From Octopus vulgaris (Eukaryota), in assembly GCA_951406725.2 (NCBI GenBank), contig OX597814.1:55676001-55740000 (forward strand): a stretch of DNA of 64,000 bases. The letters are read 5' to 3'. Below are positions 39,057-52,599 of the stretch, piece by piece; within the stretch, counting starts at the first letter, position 1, and the number at the start of each line of letters is the position of its first letter. Below the pieces are notes generated by a model, which saw only the letters and a list, made by a program, of their open reading frames with translations, did no database searches and was not told where the DNA came from. Position numbers and translations under genes: made by a program.

Positions 39057-40169
39057 TTTATGATTTTTTATGCAATGATCTGAAATTTGTGTATTAAATG
39101 CATTCAAAATATCATTACTTGGTTTGGCTTCATTATTATGTATTCTATAACTCCATGCTGATACAAGCAAGTCAGTCCTTATTTCATTTACATGGATACT
39201 TACTTTAACAAGGATTTGGAATGGTTTGTACAATTTGACTTGAGTCAGGAAATTCAGGTAACATTCATTGTTTCTAAGCTAATATGAAATGTGCCCGTGT
39301 GTGTGTATGTGTGTGTGTGTGTGTGTGTGCATGTGTGTGCATATTTTTGTATATGCGCATGCACATGCACATACATGTTGCCTTCTCTCTTTACAGTCAG
39401 TTATGATGTACGTTGTGAAGGGTTGTGGAGGCCACTTACAGCATCTCATTATCCAGAAACGGTGAAATCAAAATGACCTTTCTGAAAAATTGATATTCAA
39501 CTGGAACCATCTAAGGATGGTCCAGTGTGTAGTACAGTATGGTCTAGAAATTAAGAAAGAAGTCTGGCAAATTATTACTTTTCTTATACAAACATCTGTG
39601 TACATTATCAAAAATGTCAATGTGGATGATGGTGGTAGTGGTAGTTGTGATAATAGATGGTGATTGTGATGATAGTGGTGGCAATAATAATGATAAGGGT
39701 GGTGGTGGTGATGATTGGAGTGATAGTGATTTTAGTAAATATGTCCAATGTCTACTTGATATGATGAAAAATATTGAAAAAAAACAAAAGAAAGCAAATA
39801 TCAATAAAAAATTTCTGCTTTGATTTTTTATACAGATTAACAATAATAACAACTAATATTACATAAATAAAATTAACCTTATGGGGTTGGTACTATTAAT
39901 ATTCAGAAGTAAAATAACTATGCAGCTAACTCTTCTGAAATTTGGAAAAGTAAATAAACAGTGGTATAAATGAGTTTTCTGTATGAAAATGTCATCACAG
40001 CAGGTATCTTTTCACCTACCACAGAGATGGTTTCACATCTGTGCCACAACTGTCACAACTGTTACAATTTTACCACTACTGCATGTGTGTGTGTGTGGGG
40101 GGGTTTCTTCAGTATACTGATGCAAAATCCTCATCATGTTGATTTGATAATGGTTTGAATAGGATCAAA

Positions 40170-41950
40170 ATTAAAAACAGTGGTTCCTTGCCAAGTAAAA
40201 TTAGTGTAGGACACTAGGCACGATCCAAATGTCATTCAGCCATAGAACACAAGAAATGGAGCAAGCAGATGAATGTAGCTATTATGGAATATTATTTTCA
40301 AAGTAACCCAGTAAACCAAGATAGAATTCTAGTGAGAGAATACAAATAGAGAATGTAACAAAAGTATAAAAGGAAAGAACTTCTTTGATGTAATAGAACA
40401 ATTTGTGATCAAGTTAGGACTATTGGAAAAATAAATGTTGTCTGCATTATAATTTGAAGAAGGTAGGGCATCCTTGGATATGGATGACAAAAGCAATGTA
40501 GATCAAGACAGAGAAGATAAGCAAGTAGAAAATAGTATGAAAGAGAAAACAGAATTACTATTGGAAGGAAATATATGATGAACAGTTACAATGAATTAAG
40601 GGAAGATAATCAAATGAGAGGGACTGAGATAGCTGGAAAAAAACCCACTTTTGTGTCTTTCAAAAATGTTGAAATGAGATTATGAAGATGAATTCAATCA
40701 TCAACTATGCCCCAAATAATGTCAAAACAAACAGATTGTATAGAGTAGCAAACAGATATGAAGCTAATGAGATAGGTCTAAAGGATACAGGAAAAACACA
40801 CACTTACAAGAAAAAGTGGTGTTGAAAAACATTAGGGATTACAGAGATGGTGTTGTGAGAAAAGACATTAATAATGTTTTAGAAAGAAAAAACAGCAATT
40901 GAAAATTATAGGGAATGATAGCAAATTAGATAGGGAGTGCTGCATAAAAAAGAGGACCTTACAATAGCTATAGTATTAGAACAAAGGAGATAGCAAAGAC
41001 ACTAAGTTAAATGATATGAATAATGAATATATCAGAATAAACAAAACTGTACCAGAGGCATGGAGAAAGAATTCTTTTTTCCAGAAGTAAAAAAAGAGGT
41101 GGAATGCTAAATCGTTAGAAGAATTAAAGCAAGAAAAAGTGCTTACACCCTCCAGATGATATATGCATTAAATTAATGTTGGTAAGTAAACTATGATGTA
41201 GAATCCCAAAATGGAAAGTACCAAGGCCTGTTCAAAGTTACTGGTTAAAGAAATTAAGCTTTTTGGATGGAAATATTGATTTTCAGCTGGAGAGCCTCTT
41301 AAATAAAATGGAACCAATATTTCCACAAATGCCATATAGGGAAGCTATATCAAACTTTAAGGACCTGGTGAAAGGAAATGAAGTTGATAAGTTCTGACCA
41401 GAGGTTACTAAACAGAATGAATGCAGAAGGTATGTATTCTCTCTTTGAAGAAGAATTAATACCATCTGATGAATATAAAGGTTATTTTAAAAATAACAGA
41501 GAGACAAAATATCAATTGTAAATTACAAAACAATGCTAAATGATTGTAAGAAGAGACATACCAATTTAGCAATGGTAAAGATAGAATATATAAAAGCTTA
41601 TACCATGGTAGATCTCTTAGATAGCAGAATGCATGAAACTATTCAGCTAAGCAATAACCAATTTCATCAGAAGTAATATGCACACACAAAAGATTAACTT
41701 GACAAAGTCAGGAGAGGTGTCAGGTGAAGCTAAAATAAGAGGAAGGATTGTCCAAAAATGATAGCATGATACACTTATTGTTTGTACTGTGCATGATACC
41801 AATGACATTCATATTGCAAAATACAGGAGTATGAACAGGGAAGAAACATTTTGAAATTAATCCTATTTTATTTATAGACAAACATAAACTATTCAGAAAG
41901 TGTGAAAACTGGAGAGAAGACTGTTCATTTATTTCATAATGACAATGTAA
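40170..41950 (+). mobile_element. Heavily decayed R4/Dong-like non-LTR retrotransposon RT region
   Basis: Eroded motifs in the correct order: WK.P...Q.YWLK (about 41210), NLAM..I.Y.KAY.MV (about 41563), I.Q.DS...LLFVLCMIP (about 41748), IN..LF.D..KL (about 41856). Confidence 0.6.
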
Positions 41951-42410
41951 TGAAAGAAGTGTGCATGTAATAAAAGATGGAAAGATGGTGTCAAAATTTG
42001 TGCAGTGTCTTTCTTTTGTCGATGATAACAATTTCTGGTCTTCTTTCCTCAATCACTTAATAACATTGAATGTTGAAACACTGCATTTAAATTCTTCATT
42101 TTCTTCCACTACATTAGGTTGGTATTCATAACACCTATCAACTCTGTCTAAATTGGATTTTCCTTATGGTTTCCAATAAATAATGAGCACAAATATTGTT
42201 GTATTTCCTTTTGTATATTCACTACGTGGCTAATTCTTTCATCTTTTTTTTTTATATAAAATAAGTACCAGTCAAGTATTGAGTTTGGTAAAAGCAACTA
42301 GCCACCTATTCCTATCAAGTATTTGGGGTAAGCATAATCACTTAACCACATCCCTTAAAAGTTACTGACCCTGTGCCTAAATCAAAAACTACTACTGCTA
42401 CTGCCACCAC

Positions 42411-42455
<45 letters not shown>

Positions 42456-42471
42456 AATTATCATTATAAGA

Positions 42472-42692
42472 AGATGGTGAGCTGGCAGAATCGTTAGCAT
42501 GCTGGGCAAAATGCTTAGTGGCATTTCGTCCATGTCTATGTTCTGAGTTCAAATTTCACCAAAGTTGACTTTGCCTTTCATCGTTTCGGGGTCAATAAAT
42601 CAAGTACCAGTGAAACACTGGAGTTGATGTAATCGACTAGTCCCCTCCCCGCAAATTTCAGGCCTTATGCCTTTAGTGGAAAGGATTATTAT
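42472..42692 (+). mobile_element. SINE family B, full length, (ATT)n tail
   Basis: ggtgagctggcagaatcgttagc...ttctgagttcaaat...ggccttatgcctttagtggaaaggattattatt. Further copies at about 43710-43830, 44682-45240, 55920-56110 and 57750-58010. Confidence 0.8.
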
Positions 42693-43827
42693 TATTGATG
42701 TTGTTATTTTTGTAGTTGCTGGTGTTGTTGTCCTATTAAAGTTATACATTTTCAGCAGAACTTTTCTACAACTCTACAATAAAATAGATTTTATTATAAA
42801 CCTTTCTTTTCTTTTGTTTATAGATAGTGTTTTACAGAGAATATCAGCATGTGCTAAGAGTACTATCTTTTTACACTTCTCCCATGGAGGGTCTCCCAGG
42901 CAATTCATTCTTTTTTCTATACCACGCATTAAAATTCCTAACACTGTGGGATCACTTTTATGCCCATATTCCACACATTTTTGCTATTTTGATTCCCCAG
43001 ATTCTTTATATCTCCAAAATGTTCTAACCTTATATTTATTTAAAATATGTTTGATATACACATTGGTTATTGAAGCAATCTAACTCATAGCTAATGTTTC
43101 CAAAATCCAAGAGTAGAGAACACACTTGAAAGCCTTCTGCTAATCAATCTCTACTAAGGTCAGACTTGTCTTCCTCCTTTTTATAATTTTCAGTAATAGC
43201 TTTATTGATCAGTAACTGATTTTGTTTTTCACCTGTTTAAGCTTTCTTATTCTCCTGGAAGTATGTTGTTTCCAGATAAGCAATCATCCTTTGCAATATG
43301 ATTACTGTAAGGAAGAAAAACTATTTGGAGTTCGATATTTCTTTAGCGTTGGAGATAGTGTTTTTTTCCCTCCTTAGTGAGCCATTGAAGTACTGTTCCT
43401 GTCTTTTTTCAGAAAATTGTCGTTGTTTATTCTGACAAACATTAATTGTAGTTGAATAAATCTTTGGGTTGTTATTTCTCCCTCCATTTGTTCTAGTGTT
43501 GCACTTGTTGCATTGTAGAAATACATCTGCAACTCAAACTTTACCCAAAAATCTGTTTCTATTAATGCTACAGTGATTTTTCTATTTCGTTTTTATCTAG
43601 TCATTTGTAAACATATCAGCAAGCTGAAGGAATCATAAAAGCATCTGAAAAATTCCTTGCAACATTTCTTCTAGCTCTTTACATTCCAATTTCAAATTCT
43701 GTTGAAGTCAGCTTTACCTTTCTCTCTCCAGAACTGATAAAACCGAATACCAGTTTAGTATCAGGGTTGATGATATCAAACCATCCTCCCTCCAAACTGT
43801 TGACCTTGTGCCTAAATTAGAAACAAA

Positions 43828-43884
<57 letters not shown>

Positions 43885-43886
<2 letters not shown>

Positions 43887-44194
43887 GTTTGACTTTTGCT
43901 TTATGTCTGTACAAGTTGGCTCCAAGTTTCACCCAGAGACCTCAAGAGACAACAGGCTGAAAGTTCACGTTGTTGTTATGCCTAGTGTGCCATATATTTG
44001 GGGTTTTTTTGGTGTTGTACTAGTGAATGTCTAATACATAGAAAAAAAAAAGCTTGTTTTAAACCTTGGGATTTTGCATAGGATATGAGTAGTTCCCATG
44101 AGCACTATCTTTTGAATTTCTGCCATTTTGGGGTTTCCTGGTATCTGAGTTAGGTAGCAATCAGTCCCAGAGCGCCTATGACAACAGGTATTGT

Positions 44195-44197
<3 letters not shown>
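43885..44197 (-). mobile_element. 3' end of an R4/Dong-like LINE with (TAA)n tail
   Basis: ETIPVVIGALG...PGNPKMAEIQKIVLMGTTHIL C-terminal motif (frameshifted), followed on the minus strand by (TAA)n. Confidence 0.7.
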
Positions 44198-44243
<46 letters not shown>

Positions 44244-44257
44244 CCACCATCACCACC

Positions 44258-44304
<47 letters not shown>

Positions 44305-44313
44305 TATTATCAT

Positions 44314-44623
44314 TATTGTATAAAGGATTGTGGTTAAGGCCGGAACAATGTAAAGTAAATGCAAGGCAAATCACAAGAAAACAAATATATGAATTAATGT
44401 AGACTTACCTTGCTTTTAATATTTCAGGGTTATGAGCCCATTTTCATGCATGTCCACTCCACACACATTGGCAACATTCGTTAATTTCTTGAAAAATGGG
44501 ATCATAATCCCGAAATATTGAATACAGGGTAAGTCTACATTAATTCATATATTTGTTTTCTTGTGATTTGACTTGCATTTACTTCACATTGTTCTGGCCT
44601 CACCCACAATCCTTTATACAATA
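44314..44623. repeat. Fold-back element, about 133-bp arms, 43-bp spacer, hammerhead-like motif at the inner ends
   Basis: tattgtataaaggattgtgg...cccattttca and tgaaaaatggg...ccacaatcctttatacaata. Confidence 0.9.
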
Positions 44624-44630
44624 TATTCTA

Positions 44631-44680
<50 letters not shown>

Positions 44681-47665
44681 TCTGCTGAGGTCAACTTTGC
44701 CTTCTTCATTTTTTCAGGTTGATAAATTCAGTATTAGCAAAACACTGGGCCCAATGCAATTGACTAGTCCCCGCCCACCAAATTTCAGGCCTTGTGTTTA
44801 TAGTAGAAAAGATTACTATTATTATTAAAGTGGCAAGCTGGCAGAATCATGAGCATGCTGGACAAAATGCTTAGCAGCATTTCTTCTGTCTTTATGTTTT
44901 GAGGTCAAATTGCACAGAAGTCGATAAAACAAGTACTAGTTGAGCACTGGGGTCGATGTAATTGACAAGCCTCTCCCACAAAATTTCAAGCCTTGTACTT
45001 ATAATAGAAAGAATTATTATTATTATTTTAATTATTATTACTGTTATTGCAAGAGTGGTGGATTGGAATCATTAGAATGTTGAACAAAATACCTTGCCGT
45101 ATTTGTTCTGGTTCTTTACATTCAGGGTTCAAATTCATCTGAATTTAAATCTGCCTTTCTTCCTTCCAGTGTCTAAAAATATACTGTCTGTCAAAAACTC
45201 TCAAAATATTTAGCCGTGTACCTATGTTAGAATAATTATAATTATTCTGGTATTTATGCATCAAATAATTCCCAGTTCTATGACACATTTGATATCTTTG
45301 CTGTTATGAATATTGCAACTGTTGTTGCTGTCTATATATATGTATATGTGTTTGTGCACAGTGTTCATTTAATAGGTTAAAAATAGAACTTACAGATCTC
45401 ACAATATGTATTGCTATAACTGCAAGAAAATGTGAAATGCAAGTAGGAGCTGAACAAAGCAGAATAAGGATAACGAGCAGAAACAAAAACAAAAAAGTCC
45501 ATCCAACTGAAGTAGCAGGGAACACATACAAACAAATTGAGAAATTTATATACATGAGAAAAATGGATTGCAGCAGTTTTAACAAAATTAGTCCTTTTGG
45601 GGGATATACAATGATTACAATAAAAACACAATTCCATGAGATCCTCTGATGAATATGGTCATGTGTGGATAAATCTATAATAAAAAAATGTATTTATGAC
45701 ATTGATTTAATATCGATATCATATATAGAATAACATCAAAGAATGAATAGGGAGGTAGATGATGATGGAAAACATGGGGTACATTGAAGATCAGAATAAA
45801 TAACAGGAGGAGGTTGTGTCTCTTGTGTGCACCTATGCAACTGTAGGCTTTCCAAGGCTATGGATTTTGATTTTATGTATGTATGTTTGTATGCTTGCAT
45901 GCATAGATACACATATACATATGTACTTACACATATTCACACTCACTGTTTTACACAAGATACATTCCTATATGTGAGTGTATTGCAATATCTATGAACA
46001 TGTATACATGTGTATTCATTTGTTCATTTTATGTCCACATTTTAACCCTGACATGGGTTGGACAAAGGCTTATTGAGATGGTATTTTATGACCTAATGCT
46101 CTCCCTGTCACCAACTCCTACCAGTTTTTCAGGTAAGGAATATTTTGTCTAATCTCATTGGTTGTCACAAGTCAAAAGTGTAGAGCACAGGAGATATATT
46201 GTTTACAGAGTGTGTAAACATGACATCACTGTTTTGGTACAAAATGACATCAGGTGAAGACATGTGGAATGTAAATACATACACAAGTGCACCCATGCAG
46301 ATATATAAATAAACATATATTTATATAATCATCATCATTTAATGTCAGTTTCCCAAGCTAGTATGGATTGAATGGTTTAACCACAGCTGGTAAGGTCAGG
46401 GGCCATACTAGGCTCCATTATCTGTTCTGGTATGGTTTCTATGGCTGGATGCCCTTCCTAATGCAAACCACTCCACAGAGTGTACAAGGTGTTTTTTATG
46501 TGATACCAGCACTGGTCTCAATTCTGCTGTGGTGCACAGTTCTTGAATACAGCAAGCCCATAGTCCTTTGTCATCTCCATCACATATATACATTTATATG
46601 CAATGCACACTCATATTGGGATTCCATAGTTTTAACAGAATTTCACTCACAAGACATCTCTCAACCTGAGGCTATAGCAGAAGACATTTGCAAAAGGTGC
46701 TATGCAGTGGGATAAAACTTAAAACCACATGGTTTCAAAATGAACTTGTATCCATATAGCCATGCCTGTATCTACATATGTGACAATATTCAGTATAAAT
46801 GGTAAAATGCTATTTATTTGAAACATCTCAGCATCAACATTGGATTAGTTCATGAAGGCAAAAAGAGACTCAATAATATAGTAGATTTGAATGTGTGTGT
46901 GTGTGCGTGTCTGTGTGTGTGTATGTGTGCAGACACCCCCACATATCCACATGTGTGTATGTTTGTGTGTATGAAAGTATACATGTATATGTGTGTGAAT
47001 GTGTGTGTGTGTGTGTGTATAAAAGATGATATTTATAATTTCTTACACACATATACCTGTGTGTGGCTGAGCAGAGTTAAAAATTGAAGTGTCTAGCTAT
47101 TTGTCTAATTTAAAGTTTTCCAAAACTCTTCATTGCTTCTATTGTATTATAGGAAATTAGAGATTTGACTCCACAGGCCATCTTCTTTCCAATGTTTGCA
47201 ATGTTGTTCACTTGCTTTCAAGGATTTGTTGCTATTTGATATAATCACTTCAGAAAAGATTATATTAAATATTCCAGTAAACAACTGTAACTCAGCAAAT
47301 TAAATTGATAATTTTTTATACTAGACACAACAGTACGCTAGGGTTGAAATTTAAAGAGAAATAGCAATGCCAGTACCTCACAACAAATTTCAAAGCTCGA
47401 GTCAATGAATGAGCCACTGCATAATCACTTCATATACTAGAAATAGCAACCAAATTCCCCTTAAATTACACTCTGCTGTTTTAAATAAGGAAATAGCTTA
47501 CTACATGATGTACTCCTATACATTCACACACATGCAAGAATCTGAAATACCTTTGATTATGGGTCTGCACATTCAAAGATAATATAGGGTTAAAGAACAA
47601 CCAAACTCTCCTAACTATTGAAATTTTTAATATACCCCAACTATGAATTATTCCTCAACCCAATA

Positions 47666-47731
47666 TACATACATACATACATACATACATACATACATAC
47701 ATACATACATACATACATACATACATACATA
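47666..47731. repeat. (CATA)n microsatellite; an inverted (TATG)n tract lies at 48650-48725
   Basis: Direct inspection. Confidence 0.95.
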
Positions 47732-47865
47732 CACATGCATACATATTTCTATAGCCATCTAAAAATCCATAAATATGCACTGTTATATTTGTCAATAAAG
47801 TGGGTAAATTAATTGAAGTGAACAGTATTATATTAGTTGTAGTGAATATATAATATATACTCTGA

Positions 47866-47949
<84 letters not shown>

Positions 47950-48648
47950 AAATCACCATCATTTAATGTTCATCTTCCATGTAAGTGAAATATATATATA
48001 TATATATATATCACTCCCTATCTCATACTCCTCATTTTATATCACTTATTATTGTAGCTAATAGTCTGTGCAAAGTGTTGGTGATAAGAAGGATAACTAA
48101 CTGTATGGAATGTTCAAGTGAAGTGAGGTCTCTAACAATTCTAAGAGAACAGTAATTCCAAATAAAAACTGATTTAGATTATGGTAACCCATTCACCTAT
48201 GCTAGCCAGCTATTTCTTATAGTCATCCACATTATGCCTTCTTGCTTTGTTTTGTAACGTTATTTTTTTCCCCTCAAAACAAATTTCTTTTAGCACCAAT
48301 TTATTTAATTTATTCTATCACCTCTATTACCTCTTATCACCTTTCATCATTCCCAATTTATCACCATTTGATTTATATTATCTATTTATTTATCATGCAT
48401 CCAACTTAATAGCTTTAATGTAACTTAGATTATTTGTTAATCTTTTTTAATGTAACACATCTGATTCATCTTGCTTTTTATCACAAACTTACATTTAAAT
48501 GGGGATTCATAAAAACAAACATGCATTCCTACATATCTTAGCATAATAGGTACATGTGTGCATGCAGCCTTGTAAATGTGTGAATATAAATATGTGACAA
48601 GTGTGGACATGAATACATACATGTGTGATCAAGCAAACAAACTCATGC

Positions 48649-48679
<31 letters not shown>

Positions 48680-49579
48680 TGTATGTATGTATGTATGTAT
48701 GTATGTATGTATGTATGTATGTATGTGCGTATGTATGTGTGTGTGGGTATATGTATATCTCTATGTGTATGTATGTGTGTGTGTGTGTGGCAAGTCTGTT
48801 TAAAGAGAGATGTATTCCTACATAAGCGTCCAGATTTATGCACATCAACACGAGCAGGCATATAATGTGCTGATGTTTATTGCATGTGCACATATGCATG
48901 TAGAAGCATGAATGCACACCTGTGTATATACTCATACACCTATACATATATTCATGAGATGAGACATGAAAATGCAGCAAAATAGTTATCCCCTTGAACA
49001 TGGTTGAAGGCTCAAATCTTCCAAAAATCAAATTTTTTCACTCCCAGTACTTTGATCTTCTTCTTATAATCTATAATGTTTTGACTGACTTTATCTTCTA
49101 ACTACAAAATCATACAACTATTTACCCAGTAAACATTGCCCAAGGGGCCTTTCCCTGATATTCTCCATATTAATATAAATTCATCTTATTTTATCACATT
49201 TTACACATTGCATAGCTTCAATTGACTTCGTTTCCTCTTTGTGTTTTCCATCCCACAAATATAATATTGATGGGATTTTATTGTATTATCACAAGACTTC
49301 TTCCCAGCAGACTATTTAGCTTGGAGACTCAGTTCATGGAATATTTCCTACATTTTATATGCTTCTGTGTATTCTCATTATAATGGAAGAACACTTACAC
49401 ATCTGCAATCCCCTACTGTCATATTTACTATGTTCACCTAGGTATACAAACACATGAAAATAATTATGATAACTCTCAGCATTCAGTTAAAAATAACTGT
49501 CAAATTCAAATATACTTCTGAAAACTCTTCTGAAAATTTTTTCAACATATTTTCATTATTGCACTTTTCCTGTCTCTTT

Positions 49580-49983
49580 TACTTTTTTAGTTGTTTCAGT
49601 CATTTGACTGTGGCCATGCTGGAGCACTGCCTTTAGTTGAGCAAATCGACCCCAGGACTAATTCTTTGTAAGCCTAGTACTTATTCTATTGGTCTCTTTT
49701 GCTGAACCACTAAGTTACGGGGATATAAACACACCAGCATTGGTTGTCAAGCAATGTTGGGGGGTGGGAGGATAAACACAGACACACAGACATATACAGA
49801 CATATACATATATATATATACATATATACAATGGGCTTCTTTCAGTTTCCATCTACCAAATCAACTCACAAGTCTTTGGTCGGCCCAAGGCTATAGTAGA
49901 AGACACTTGCCCAAGGTACTACGCAATGGGAATGGACCCAGAACCATGTGGTTGGTAAACAAGCTACTTACCACACAGCCACT
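49580..49983 (-). mobile_element. SINE family C, near full length
   Basis: tttcagtcatttgactgtggccatgctggagcac...gaagacacttgcccaagg...cttaccacacagccact. Confidence 0.85.
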
Positions 49984-51261
49984 GAAGACATTTTTTGTGT
50001 TTTTTTTTTTCTTTGTGAAGTATATGTACTAACTATTCTGAATTCAATCTCTACTACCATCTGAAGATTGGAAATGTTAAAATCAGAGTAACAGCTTACA
50101 AAAAACAATAAAATTTTACTTCTTGTATTGACTACACTCTTCTCTCTTTCTTGTTCAAATAATTCTTTGAGTGATATATATATATATCAAAGTATCATTA
50201 GAGACAGAAATCCCCATAAATTCATAAAATCATAATATAAATTCAATCATGTCATAGAATGTTATATTTAATACATACTATTCATGTCCAAAGTTGTTGA
50301 CAACACATGTTTCATGAAGTCGTATACTATGTTCTTGAGACACCCAGTCTCTTACAAAACCTCCCCTTATATACAACCCCAATATTCAGATCCACCTATC
50401 CCCCATTTATAATTTTACCTATCATTATATATTTCAACTTACAGGTATATCAACCTATACAGATGTATAAATATATTTCTGGTATGTCAAAACATATAGA
50501 TGTGTAAATAAATTCATCAAACCCTGCAGTTAAAGCCATAATTAATTTAAGAATTAAATGTGAATTATACCTAAAAAAATATATATAAATGAAAAATATA
50601 TACGGATGAGAAAATATATACGAATGCAGAAAAAATATATACTAATGAGAAGAAAATATAAAATTATAAGAATGAAAAAGTTAAAAAGATATATATATCC
50701 AAATGAAGGTGATGAATAAGAAATGAATGGAAACTAATACGAATAACAAAATTCATGTGAATGTTACGCGAAAAATACGAATGATGATATGAAAAGATAT
50801 GAAAAAATATATGGAAAAAATATAAAGAGAAAAATATTTAAAAATGAAAAAATGAAAAAAATATATATGAAGGAATTAATTTATAAATTAATATAATTAG
50901 AATTGATATAACAAAAATAATTTAAAATGTAAAAGATATGTGTTCCATCTACCCCTGGATATCATGGCACTAATTTGAGCTAGTTCCAATTTACACTGCA
51001 AGGTTCTGTGAAAGTATTTATACTGATACATACTTTCTGTTTCATTTAAACTATTACGTTATTAGCATAATGCTGATAGTGGGACAGGAAATAAAAGCAT
51101 TATGGGAACAATCCATCCATTTTTTCATTTTTATTCACACACCCCATCCCATGAATGCGCAACTATCACTCCCCACACTCAAGTAGTAAGTTAAATTTAA
51201 ATAATAGTATCTAATAGTAATTTCTAACAATTAATTTGCTTGAGGGTTAGACTTTATTGAT

Positions 51262-51430
51262 TGACCACTTCAGTTTGTGTTTACATTTAATTTTTCTTTC
51301 AACCTGTGCATTAAGTAGTTTTGTTTTAGCCCATAATATCTCCATGAATTCATGGGCACACAACATACATAGTCTATTCCCAATTCTATACGAAAGAAAA
51401 ATTAAATATAAACACAAACTGAAGTGGTTA
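51262..51430. mobile_element. MITE-like element with 39-bp terminal inverted repeats
   Basis: tgaccacttcagtttgtgtttacatttaatttttctttc and gaaagaaaaattaaatataaacacaaactgaagtggtta. Central palindrome ccatgaattcatgg. Confidence 0.65.
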
Positions 51431-51462
51431 GATGACCAATGAACTAAACCCCTCATATTCCA

Positions 51463-51493
<31 letters not shown>

Positions 51494-52599
51494 TGAGCAG
51501 AGAAAGAATGATAACATTGTAGAGAAATAATATGAGAAGGCCAAAGTGAGGTTAAATCTTATTTTAGCATCCACAAAGATGAATTTGAAGCTGAAGGAAA
51601 AAAAATGAAGGAAAAAAAACGGAAGCTGTGAAGTCATGGCAGTAAAATTGAAAAAAAAATAATGCAGAATTTAATGTGTTATTTCTAAAAATCAAAAGCA
51701 AAAAATGAACGCTGAAAGAATAAAACTTTATTTTTATGTAACAGTAAAGGTATATATATTTTTTAAAAAATATAGTATGACCGTCATTTATAGCACAAAT
51801 AAGATTCACAAATAGAACTTATTTCTTCACATATGTTCATACAGATATGATGTTAGCTAAGTATCACTCATCTACAAGTTACAAAATATCTTTCCCTGTA
51901 GTATTTGCCGTTGGACACACATTTAGATTACTTCATCTGCTATATCTAAACGCACAATTAGCACTGGTGGCTGTGGATACAACACACAGAGCATCACTGA
52001 AATAATATGGAGCTTAACACTTCTTTATCATTTTGCTTTCATTTCATCCTATTTTTAAAATTTTATTTCTTTTGAATTTAATTTTCACTTTTTGTTTGCA
52101 TGCTAAATTACAATTTTGCTCAAAAGTGCAAGAAATCAATGGTGGAAGAGAGAAAAGGACAGGTTGTTGCAATGCCGTTTAATAACAATGTGTGCGTACA
52201 TGTGGTATGAATGTGTTTCAGAGTAAAATATAGTAATTTAATTGGTTGAAAAGATTAAGAGAAACCCCATTTTAGCTGAAGACACTTTTTCGTTTTACCT
52301 CTCTGCATCATATCCTCAGCAGTTTCCATATTGCTAACTTTACTGCAAGGATAATACTGTCAGAAATGTCGAAATTTCAGTGACATCCAGTTGACAGCTG
52401 ACAAGGGAATGATGTATACATGCTTTTCTTTTCCAACAAACTTCTGTTCTGATTGCATGCAACCATTTTACTGCAGTATTTACTGTAATGCAACACAGCA
52501 TTTTTCACAATATTTTGTATTTGCACTCTGCAATGGAATCTTTCTCTCTCTCTCTCTCTCACTCTCTCTCTCTCTGTCTTTGTATTTGAATACTTAAGA

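Noticed and set aside
39614-39823. Acidic/Gly-rich ORF (also 44150-44402 and 58199-58526)
   Set aside because: Degenerate (GAT/GGT)n trinucleotide repeats with no splice or domain evidence.
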